Source of the DNA: a virus
IMG/VR virus record: IMGVR_UViG_3300045988_085437
Span: 1 to 42,148 of that record
DNA: 42,148 nt
Reading direction: 5' to 3' (one strand)
In this document: positions 7,021 through 13,589 of the stretch, piece by piece
Position numbering within the stretch: position 1 is the first letter of the stretch
Layout: each line of letters starts with the position of its first letter
Position numbers and translations under genes: made by a program
Notes under the pieces: model-generated
What the model was told of the DNA's origin: nothing
Database searches by the model: none
The model's input: only the letters and a program-made list of their open reading frames with translations

Positions 7021-7335
7021 ATGAAAAAGTTTCTGGAGTGGTTCAAGAAAGACGATACTATGGTGTTGAAGGTTATTCCTTGCTGCTGGGCTTTTGCACT
7101 TCTGATTGGAGGGGCAGATTTATTCAAAGAAGGAATTTCCATCAACTCTATTCTGATGTTTGCGCTGTACCTTTTTCTTGGCCTGGTGTTTTGGGGGGTC
7201 TTTGTGGCACTTCCATGGACGATCCAAGATAAAAAGAAGCCAGACGGAACGCCGCAGTTTACAAATGGGCTGATGCTTGTTGGAGAAGCGGTTGTGCTGG
7301 TTGTCCTCACCATGTGGGTCGGGGGATTTATCTGA
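7021..7335 (+). CDS. Small integral membrane protein (about 3 TM, 104 aa)
   Basis: ATG at 7021 follows GGGGGGA. Three hydrophobic helices. AT-richer than the phage core. Confidence 0.6.
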   Translation: MKKFLEWFKKDDTMVLKVIPCCWAFALLIGGADLFKEGISINSILMFALYLFLGLVFWGVFVALPWTIQDKKKPDGTPQFTNGLMLVGEAVVLVVLTMWVGGFI

Positions 7336-7381
7336 TTCGTGAATTAGCTGCTGGGCGGCTTCGGAAAGCAACTTCTTAATG

Positions 7382-7410
7382 TTGCCGCATTTCCTAAATT
7401 GTGGTATAAT
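7382..7410 (+). promoter_or_regulatory. Promoter (TTGCCG-17-TGgTATAAT, extended -10)
   Basis: Read directly from the sequence, 30 nt upstream of the ATG at 7440. Confidence 0.55.
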
Positions 7411-7439
7411 TTCCCCAGCTTTAGGAGGGGCGGTGGAGT

Positions 7440-7655
7440 ATGGATAAAGAGTATGAGATCATTGAGAAGTCCCTTCTCGTTCCGTGTAAGAAAGACTTGA
7501 CTGGAACGGAGCGGAGATGTTATGTACGGCTTCTCGTAAAGGGTGGGGAAACGGTAGGCGCACAATGCAACGGATGCGATGATCTACAGGGAGGGGAACC
7601 CTGTATCTCCTGTATGGAACAAGTTAAGACTGCTGCTTTGAGGGGGGAGGTTTGA
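7440..7655 (+). CDS. Hypothetical small Cys-containing protein (71 aa)
   Basis: AGGAGGGG lies upstream and the gene has its own promoter. Confidence 0.55.
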   Translation: MDKEYEIIEKSLLVPCKKDLTGTERRCYVRLLVKGGETVGAQCNGCDDLQGGEPCISCMEQVKTAALRGEV

Positions 7656-7872
7656 TACCTTCCCTTTCCATTTTCTCGTCCACGGCCTGGATTGCGGTTT
7701 TCAAGACGCTTGCGTAGCAACAGCGGCAGTGAAAGCGGCCCATGTCAGGCTGGCACAATTCGCAGTCCGGACAGACACCGCCATCCGCAAGGCCGCTTCG
7801 GTAACAAAAGTTCAGCAGGCCAGACAGCATTGCTCTGGTATATTCCAGATGTGTGATTTGTTTTTCTTCCAC
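7624..7872 (-). CDS. Hypothetical Cys-rich protein (82 aa, GTG start)
   Basis: Its leader ATTATCTTGAAAGGGTGAAT is nearly identical to the cro-like gene leader. It converges on 7440..7655 with a 32-nt overlap. Confidence 0.45.
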   Translation of the reverse strand: MEEKQITHLEYTRAMLSGLLNFCYRSGLADGGVCPDCELCQPDMGRFHCRCCYASVLKTAIQAVDEKMEREGIKPPPSKQQS

Positions 7873-7897
7873 ATAAATTCACCCTTTCAAGATAATA

Positions 7898-8113
7898 TCA
7901 GCCGAAAAAAATTTGGTCTACCTGGGCGGCATCCAATGACAGCAATTGCTTCATGTTTCGGATTTCTCCCAAAGAGAACTCCGCTCCCCCTGTTTCGTTG
8001 ATTTTCGCATTGAACCTGGAGAGGCTTAGACCAATTTTCTGTGCAGCATCTGCCTGTGTCATGGCTTTCTCACGCAGTTTCCCCTTGAGCATGTCTGTAT
8101 TCATCTGCTTCAC
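7898..8113 (-). CDS. Cro-like small HTH protein (start GTG 8113 or ATG 8104)
   Basis: Contains LREKAMTQADAAQKIGLSLSRFNAKINE. It is divergent from the CI-like repressor across a 124-bp operator region. Confidence 0.75.
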   Translation of the reverse strand: MKQMNTDMLKGKLREKAMTQADAAQKIGLSLSRFNAKINETGGAEFSLGEIRNMKQLLSLDAAQVDQIFFG

Positions 8114-8140
8114 CTCGATTCACCTTTCTAAGATAATTTT

Positions 8141-8168
8141 ATTTTATCACATTTTTTCGCGCTGTCAA
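8141..8168 (-). promoter_or_regulatory. Leftward promoter for the cro-like gene (TTGACA-16-TGaTAAAAT)
   Basis: The reverse complement of 8163-8168 is TTGACA and that of 8141-8146 is TAAAAT. The -35 overlaps a TCAAGATA box. Confidence 0.55.
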
Positions 8169-8178
8169 GATATTTTTG

Positions 8179-8207
8179 TTGACTTTTAGAAGCTCGCTTG
8201 TTATTAT
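8179..8207 (+). promoter_or_regulatory. Rightward promoter for the CI-like repressor (TTGACT-17-TATTAT)
   Basis: Read directly from the sequence. TCAAGATA boxes at 8165-8172 and 8207-8214 flank or overlap it. Confidence 0.55.
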
Positions 8208-8237
8208 CAAGATACAAGAAAGGAAGGAGGTAAGAAT

Positions 8238-9050
8238 ATGACGATAGGAGAAAAAATCAGGAGACTTCGAAAAGACTTAGGCATGACCCAAACAGAATTA
8301 GGAGAAAAGCTGGGCGTAAAAACAAATGCAGTCAGCAAATGGGAGTGCGGTCGCGTTGAAGATATTCCGCGTTCCAAAATAAAGGCCATGTCTGTTATTT
8401 TTGGGGTTCCGGCTTCTTATTTGATAGAGGATGACACTAATATTGTGAATGTGGACTTCGGGCATGGAGAAACGCACGCGAAAAAAGCCCCGTCCCAGCG
8501 GGACGAGGCGGACGAAATTGCGGACGTTTTCCGGAAGCTGGACGAGCACGGAAAGGGAGCTGTCCGGGCCATCCTGAATTTTGAGCACGCTGCCGCCGTG
8601 GCGGAGCACCGGCAGGCAGGGGCCAAGAAGCCAAAGGCAAAGGTCAAGCAGCGCAGCGATGGGCTGGGAGATGTGGAGGTGTTTGACCAGCCTTCCGCCG
8701 CAGGCCTGGGGAACTACCTGAGCGATATCGCGTCTCATATTGAGCAGTACCCCGCCAACGTCATCCCGGAGGGGACAGAGTTTGGTGTGCGGATCAGCGG
8801 GAACAGTATGGCTCCCAATATCCCGGATAAGGCAACGGCTTTTGTGCAGTCCAAGATTGCCATAGAGCCGGGGCAGGTCGGGATTTTCCTTTTGAATGGG
8901 GAGTCTTTCTGCAAGAAGCTGGAAGTGGACCGGGAGAAGCAGGAAATCAGGCTGGTTTCCTTCAACCCGGATTACAAGGACCGGATCATCGAAGAGTGCG
9001 ACGATTTCCGGACGCTGGGGCTGGTGCTGGGACACTGGGGAGGGAAATGA
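8238..9050 (+). CDS. CI/LexA-like repressor: XRE HTH plus S24 autopeptidase domain
   Basis: N-terminal IRRLRKDLGMTQTELGEKLGVKTNAVSKWE. The C-terminal part has GNSMAP (catalytic Ser) ... FCKKL (Lys). Confidence 0.9.
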   Translation: MTIGEKIRRLRKDLGMTQTELGEKLGVKTNAVSKWECGRVEDIPRSKIKAMSVIFGVPASYLIEDDTNIVNVDFGHGETHAKKAPSQRDEADEIADVFRKLDEHGKGAVRAILNFEHAAAVAEHRQAGAKKPKAKVKQRSDGLGDVEVFDQPSAAGLGNYLSDIASHIEQYPANVIPEGTEFGVRISGNSMAPNIPDKATAFVQSKIAIEPGQVGIFLLNGESFCKKLEVDREKQEIRLVSFNPDYKDRIIEECDDFRTLGLVLGHWGGK

Positions 9051-9051
9051 T

Positions 9052-9831
9052 ATGGATTATTCAACGTTCTCTGAAAACCCTAATTTGTATTTCATGAGCA
9101 TATTGTTGGCAATGGCTATAACATTGTTAGCCTATGGGTCAGGGCCTCTTCTGTTTGCGCTAATTTGGAAAAAACCAATTTTGAAAAAGAGATTCCGTCT
9201 GCTTTGTATTCTCTATACAATCACAGTTGCCATTTTGTTTATGGCTCTGCGTTTCGTGGCGGGGGATAATGTTGGAACATTTGCACCTGCTCTGATTTGG
9301 GGTATCGTATTCTACAAAATAGGGGGGCATATTTTACGTTCTAAGGGGCGCCTTTCCACAGTTGAGATGAAGTCACCTGAAAATACGCAAGCAGAAACAG
9401 GCTACGCTGTGGCGAAAGCGGAACCAGCTCCTATTATTGAGGTATACAGATCAAATTTTAAACTACCGCAGGAACGGGAAAAGAACGCTGGGAAAAATTA
9501 TTTCAAGATGGGCTTTTTTATTATGCTGGCCGTTCTGGTCTGCCTTTCCTCGGCATTTGTTTGGCTGTATTCAAATTGTTCAATGGATTTAGAGGAGGCG
9601 GAGAAGGAGATTTCTTCGCTTCAAGAGAAGGTCGACTCGAAGCAAAATACTATAAGGAGTATGAGAGAAGAATCAGCAATGCTGAATGGCAGTATCGGCT
9701 TTATTGTTAACGGTTCTCCATACTACCACAACTATTGGTGCGATACATTCCAAAACGCAGACGAATACTGGGCACATAATATCGAATATTGCGCGTATAT
9801 TGGCTACTCGCCGTGCCCGTATTGTTGGTGA
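9052..9831 (+). CDS. Multi-pass membrane protein with a coiled coil and a C-terminal Cys/His/aromatic Zn-binding-like domain
   Basis: ATG lies 1 nt after the repressor stop. It has 4-5 TM helices, the segment LEEAEKEISSLQEKVDSKQNTIRSMREE, and the tail GSPYYHNYWCDTFQNADEYWAHNIEYCAYIGYSPCPYCW. Confidence 0.7.
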   Translation: MDYSTFSENPNLYFMSILLAMAITLLAYGSGPLLFALIWKKPILKKRFRLLCILYTITVAILFMALRFVAGDNVGTFAPALIWGIVFYKIGGHILRSKGRLSTVEMKSPENTQAETGYAVAKAEPAPIIEVYRSNFKLPQEREKNAGKNYFKMGFFIMLAVLVCLSSAFVWLYSNCSMDLEEAEKEISSLQEKVDSKQNTIRSMREESAMLNGSIGFIVNGSPYYHNYWCDTFQNADEYWAHNIEYCAYIGYSPCPYCW

Positions 9832-9906
9832 TCTATAAAGAAAACCGCCCGGGCGTTGACGCACCCGGACGGCACAGCGACACCCCGAACAGCAACCACG
9901 AAGCCG

Positions 9907-9938
9907 GGAGGTCTGTTCACAGTATAGCACAGACCTCC
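9907..9938 (+). promoter_or_regulatory. Perfect 10-bp stem hairpin upstream of int (no U-tract)
   Basis: GGAGGTCTGT-12 nt-ACAGACCTCC. Confidence 0.3.
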
Positions 9939-9964
9939 TGATGAAGCAATAGGAGGAAAAGAAG

Positions 9965-11053
9965 ATGGCGAAGAAAAGCAAGTATCATCAGAGGCCGGAC
10001 GGGCTCTTTGAGGCGATCCGGACCATCAACGGAAAGCGGGTGGCATTCCGGGGAAAGAGCTGCCGCGAGGTGGACAGAAAAATCCTGGAATACCAGGAGC
10101 AGAAAGAGCGTGGGCGCGACTTCCCAAAGATCGCGGACGAGTGGGAGGTGCAGCACGAAGGGGATATTGGAGAATCCACGCGGCGGGTATACTCCTACGC
10201 CGTGAAGCGTCTGAAAGAGGCGTTCCCCGGACCTGCGAAGGAGATACGGCCCCTGGACATCCAGCGGTATATCTCCGCGTTCGAGAAGCAGGGGAGGAGC
10301 GCCAACAGCGTTTCTATTGAGCTGTGTGTCTGCAAGATGATATTCGCCCATGCGGTGATCTCCGGAGATATTGATATTTCCCCGGCTGCGGAGATCAAGA
10401 AGAGCCGGGGGCTGCCTGTGAAGCACCGGGAGGCGCTGACCGAAGAGCAGGAGGCCGCCGTAAAGGCAGCGGGGCGGGAGAAGAAAGCCCACTGGTGGCT
10501 GTTTCCGTATCTACTGCTTTATACTGGGATGCGGCGGGGAGAAGCCCTGGCGCTGACCTATGCGGACATTGACCGGAAAGCCGGAGTCATCCATGTGACC
10601 AAAAAACTAAACTACGCCTACAGTACCACACCGACACTCGAAAACCACTTGAAAAGCGAGAACGGCAGACGGGACATTCCGTTGCTGCAGCCGCTGGCGG
10701 ACGCGCTGCCCAAAACCAGAGCGGGGCTGATCTTCCCAGGCAGAGACGGAGGATTTATGAAACAAGGGGAGATCGCTAAAAACTGGCGGAGGTACTGCCA
10801 GGATGTGGGGCTGAATGAAATCGTCCAGACCAGCGACGGGAAAATCCATGAGACATTCCCAATCACGCCCCACTGTTTCCGCCACAGCTTCGCAACGATT
10901 TGTTATGAGGCGGGGCTTGACCCCCGGCAGGCTGCGGAGATACTGGGAGACACACCGGAGGTTCTGGAGAGCGTTTACACCCATCTGCGACAAGAGCACA
11001 AGGCAACTGCGGCCCAACTGCTGGGAGCTTACATGGACGCCAGAGAGGGATAG
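9965..11053 (+). CDS. int: Tyrosine recombinase / phage integrase
   Basis: Contains LLLYTGMRRGEAL, HCFRHSFAT and LGDTPEVLESVYTH (the R..HxxR..Y catalytic set), plus an N-terminal SAM-like domain. Confidence 0.95.
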   Translation: MAKKSKYHQRPDGLFEAIRTINGKRVAFRGKSCREVDRKILEYQEQKERGRDFPKIADEWEVQHEGDIGESTRRVYSYAVKRLKEAFPGPAKEIRPLDIQRYISAFEKQGRSANSVSIELCVCKMIFAHAVISGDIDISPAAEIKKSRGLPVKHREALTEEQEAAVKAAGREKKAHWWLFPYLLLYTGMRRGEALALTYADIDRKAGVIHVTKKLNYAYSTTPTLENHLKSENGRRDIPLLQPLADALPKTRAGLIFPGRDGGFMKQGEIAKNWRRYCQDVGLNEIVQTSDGKIHETFPITPHCFRHSFATICYEAGLDPRQAAEILGDTPEVLESVYTHLRQEHKATAAQLLGAYMDAREG

Positions 11054-11281
11054 TTTTCCACATAGTTTTCCACTGTGAATGTTATGCGCCGCTAACTGTG
11101 AATTTACTGTGAATTTCATGGGTAATTTGAAGTAATATAAGGTAACTTAATTGGATGCCACAAAAGCTAGAGCTGCAAGGGAAAGACAGTGATTTCAGTC
11201 GTTGGATGAAATTCGATGAAATTAAACAGTCTGTAAAATAGAAACTATAAAAATCAATGGTTCTGTGTTGTTACTGTGAAC
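11051..11281. repeat. Putative attP region with arm-type repeats
   Basis: TAGTTTTCCAC occurs twice (11051, 11063). ACTGTGAAT occurs three times (11072, 11095, 11106) plus ACTGTGAAC at 11273. GATGAAATT occurs twice near 11205. The region is AT-rich and ORF-free, directly 3' of int. Confidence 0.5.
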
Positions 11282-11343
11282 ATGATGTGAAATTAGAGAG
11301 GCCAGGGCGAAAAAGCCCCGGCTTTTCTTTGCTTGAAAGACAT

Positions 11344-11374
11344 GAAAACCCGCCCCAGGAAGCCCCAGGGCGGG
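11344..11374 (-). terminator. Rho-independent terminator of the leftward cassette
   Basis: CCCGCCC / GGGCGGG stem, followed on the minus strand by TTTTC. Confidence 0.6.
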
Positions 11375-11381
11375 CAACGGT

Positions 11382-11582
11382 TTATCCTACAATCAGGTCA
11401 TCAGGTGCAATCTCAAGATACCGCTCCAAAAACTCAATATCGGAGCAGGGCGCAAGCTCGTTATGCACGGCCTCGCGGGTGTCGTCATCCATGTACTCAG
11501 CCATAGTGTCAAGGCTGATTTCCTCCAACGCCTCGGCGGGCGTGGTGTAGGTTGCGCCGTTGTTAATGCTGATCTGTTTCAT
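11382..11582 (-). CDS. Hypothetical small acidic protein (66 aa)
   Basis: Clean ORF with an acidic composition. It is the last gene before the terminator. Confidence 0.6.
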   Translation of the reverse strand: MKQISINNGATYTTPAEALEEISLDTMAEYMDDDTREAVHNELAPCSDIEFLERYLEIAPDDLIVG

Positions 11583-11651
11583 GGCTTTTGATCCTTTCTC
11601 CCGCTATGCGGGCTCCGTTAAATTTGATTGTAACATCCCGCCGGGGGAGCG

Positions 11652-12110
11652 TCAATGCTCCCACCGGCGTTTTTCAATGTCCAGCTTTGTTTCTATTCCG
11701 GGGCGGGCTTTCAGCTCTTCCCGGTAGGCTTTCAATGCCTTGTGCCGCTCGTTGCCGGGCCAGCCCTTTTTCCACTCTGTTTCTTCGTGGCCGTCGGCGT
11801 ATACCCTGACCAGCCGGAGCCAATAGGTGACGGGGCCTTTCCAACCACGCTCCCGGATAAGGTCCAGCCGGAGGGAGTAGGTCATGGCGGACAGCTCGGC
11901 ATATCGTGCCGCCAGCGCTTGGCGGTATCCCCTCAGCTCTTCTGTAATTTTTTCGCAGTCTGCAATGATCCGGGCGGCGCTCTCGTCATTCCACCGGATG
12001 CGGTCCCGCGTCAAACAGTCCGGCCGGATCAGATAACCACTGATCCGGATGTCTGCCTCCTTGGAAACACCGCCATAGCGGCGAAAAAGGCTCTTCCAGT
12101 CTACGCTCAT
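11652..12110 (-). CDS. Hypothetical protein (152 aa)
   Basis: ATG at 12110 follows CAGGAGG. The track ORF 11652..12260 was trimmed. Confidence 0.6.
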   Translation of the reverse strand: MSVDWKSLFRRYGGVSKEADIRISGYLIRPDCLTRDRIRWNDESAARIIADCEKITEELRGYRQALAARYAELSAMTYSLRLDLIRERGWKGPVTYWLRLVRVYADGHEETEWKKGWPGNERHKALKAYREELKARPGIETKLDIEKRRWEH

Positions 12111-12141
12111 TGTAAAGCCTCCTGTCCTGGACGCCTCCCCG

Positions 12142-12645
12142 TCAAGCGGGGAGTGCGTCATTTCTGGCGGCGTCACGGCTGAAGGTGGTGCTGCCGTACT
12201 TGCTTCGAATCTGCGCCATGGTCTTGCTGCCCCTGTGCCAGTGGCTGCTGTCCTCTGCAAAGTGCCAGCTCCACATCTTCTTGGTGGAGGACCAGCGGCA
12301 ACCGGCGGCCTTTAACGCTTCCTTGTGCTTCATGGTCTCTCCGCCGATCCACAGCCAGCGGCCGCACAGTTCGATCTCCAGACCGTCCAGCTTCAAGAGC
12401 TGGTCGATGATCCGGATAAAGTCACCGGCGCTCTCGGTGGTGGCCTTCGTCCGGCCGGTGGTGTCCTCGGCTGCCTGGGTGTTCTGGCTCCGCTTCAGGA
12501 CTTCAAACCGGGCTTCATACTCTGCATTGATCGCCTGCATGGTGGTCGTATCGCCGCCCATGTCGGGATGATGCTTCATGGCCGCGGCCTTATAGGCTTT
12601 CTTCAGCTCGTCCAGAGTCTTGCAGTTCACAAAATACTTTGTCAT
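12142..12645 (-). CDS. J-domain (DnaJ-like) protein with an unknown C-terminal domain
   Basis: Contains LKKAYKAAAMKHHPDMGGDTTTMQAINAEYE (HPD motif). RBS is CAGGAGG. Confidence 0.8.
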   Translation of the reverse strand: MTKYFVNCKTLDELKKAYKAAAMKHHPDMGGDTTTMQAINAEYEARFEVLKRSQNTQAAEDTTGRTKATTESAGDFIRIIDQLLKLDGLEIELCGRWLWIGGETMKHKEALKAAGCRWSSTKKMWSWHFAEDSSHWHRGSKTMAQIRSKYGSTTFSRDAARNDALPA

Positions 12646-12696
12646 GGTGTTGTCCTCCTGTTTGTTTTTCGTGGTTGCTGTTCGCTATAAAAGAAA

Positions 12697-12721
12697 GGCG
12701 GCACCGGATACCGGCACCGCC
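12697..12721. terminator. Bidirectional-looking hairpin terminator
   Basis: GGCGGCACCGG-ata-CCGGCACCGCC (9 of 11 positions pair), flanked by AAAGAAA on one side and TTGTTT on the other. Confidence 0.45.
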
Positions 12722-12736
12722 TTGTTTGGTATGTAG

Positions 12737-12988
12737 TTATTGGGCTCTCTTCAACTCTGCGACTTCACGAGACAGCTTCTTGACGATTGCCTCCAAAACT
12801 TCAATTCGTCCGTTGGCAATGGCAAGATCTTCTGGTGTTGGCATTTTCTCCAACTTTTCATCAATGCTGTCGAGCTTTTCATAAATGAGATTGATTTTCT
12901 TTGTAACATCATTCTCAATGAGGAGATTGATCTTTGCTGTTTGGGATTCCATCATTTGCCCAATTGCTTCCAGCATTTCTTTGTCCAT
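12737..12988 (-). CDS. Hypothetical coiled-coil protein (83 aa)
   Basis: ATG at 12988 follows GAGGTGA. Heptad-like and AT-richer than the surroundings. Confidence 0.6.
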   Translation of the reverse strand: MDKEMLEAIGQMMESQTAKINLLIENDVTKKINLIYEKLDSIDEKLEKMPTPEDLAIANGRIEVLEAIVKKLSREVAELKRAQ

Positions 12989-13007
12989 CGCTATCACCTC
13001 GTTTCCC

Positions 13008-13037
13008 ATTATAGCGGTGCCGATATTCGGTTGTCAA
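13008..13037 (-). promoter_or_regulatory. Leftward promoter (TTGACA-18-TATAAT)
   Basis: The reverse complement of 13032-13037 is TTGACA and that of 13008-13013 is TATAAT. Confidence 0.55.
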
Positions 13038-13077
13038 GGTGCCGTCACCCTTGCGGTGTTCCGCTTGGGATGGCTTA

Positions 13078-13106
13078 ATCATAGCCGACTATGCATGCAT
13101 TGTCAA
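13078..13106 (-). promoter_or_regulatory. Second leftward promoter candidate (TTGACA-17-TATGAT)
   Basis: The reverse complement of 13101-13106 and of 13078-13083. It is part of a 16-nt inverted box pair. Confidence 0.4.
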
Positions 13107-13174
13107 TAGCCGTTTTGCGTTTTTGGCGGTTTGCATAGTTTTAAGCGTCTGGTGTTATTGAATTTTGACAATGC

Positions 13175-13203
13175 TTGCATTGCTGCGGCATATATGGTAT
13201 AAT
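13175..13203 (+). promoter_or_regulatory. Rightward promoter (TTGCAT-17-TGgTATAAT)
   Basis: Read directly from the sequence, 24 nt upstream of the ATG at 13227. Confidence 0.55.
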
Positions 13204-13226
13204 GCGGCACAACAGGAGGTGATAGG

Positions 13227-13427
13227 ATGGGAGACAGGACAGAGCGCAACCGTAGAACCGCGCCCGCGCGCAACCTGTACAACGCAAAGACCTATGACAA
13301 CATCACATTCCGGGTTCGCCTGGATGGCTCCGACGGGATCAGCAGAGACCAAATCAAGGCCAGAGCCGCAGCCGCCGGAATCAGTGTCAACCAATGGATT
13401 ATTGAGGCAATCAAGGACAAGATTTAG
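13227..13427 (+). CDS. Small ribbon-helix-helix/Arc-like DNA-binding protein candidate
   Basis: Preceded by AGGAGGTGA. The C-terminus ...ISVNQWIIEAIKDKI is typical of CopG/Arc-type proteins. Confidence 0.5.
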   Translation: MGDRTERNRRTAPARNLYNAKTYDNITFRVRLDGSDGISRDQIKARAAAAGISVNQWIIEAIKDKI

Positions 13428-13448
13428 CCAAGAAAGAACAAAGAAACG

Positions 13449-13557
13449 CCCCCTTGTTCCCCCCCTTTCTCTTCCCCCCTTAAACCCCTTATCTCTATCC
13501 CCCCTATAATCCCCCCAAAGAAACAAGAAAGAATATAACCCCCCTTAACAGACCCCC
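13449..13557. repeat. Array of eight C4-C7 tracts (G-tracts on the minus strand)
   Basis: C-runs at 13449, 13459, 13474, 13485, 13499, 13511, 13539 and 13553, separated by A/T/purine-rich spacers. Confidence 0.9.
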
Positions 13558-13559
13558 TT

Positions 13560-13589
13560 GCGCCACTGGCTCCTGCTGGTGGCGCTTTT
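13560..13589 (+). terminator. Rho-independent terminator
   Basis: GCGCCAC-12 nt-GTGGCGC followed by TTTTGCTTTG. Confidence 0.6.

Noticed and set aside
7344-7565. A 73-aa minus-strand ORF between the membrane-protein gene and the Cys-rich genes.
   Set aside because: It overlaps a strong plus-strand promoter and the RBS and start of 7440..7655. It has no RBS and an implausible sequence.
8298-9035. A 245-aa minus-strand ORF.
   Set aside because: It is antisense to the CI-like repressor, which has unmistakable HTH and S24 motifs.
11054-11380. A search for a tRNA gene, or a tRNA 3'-end fragment, as the attP core. The same search was made in 13428-14386 and 28189-28346.
   Set aside because: No cloverleaf-compatible segment or GTTCRANYC T-loop motif was seen by eye. 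tRNAscan-SE would be needed to be certain.
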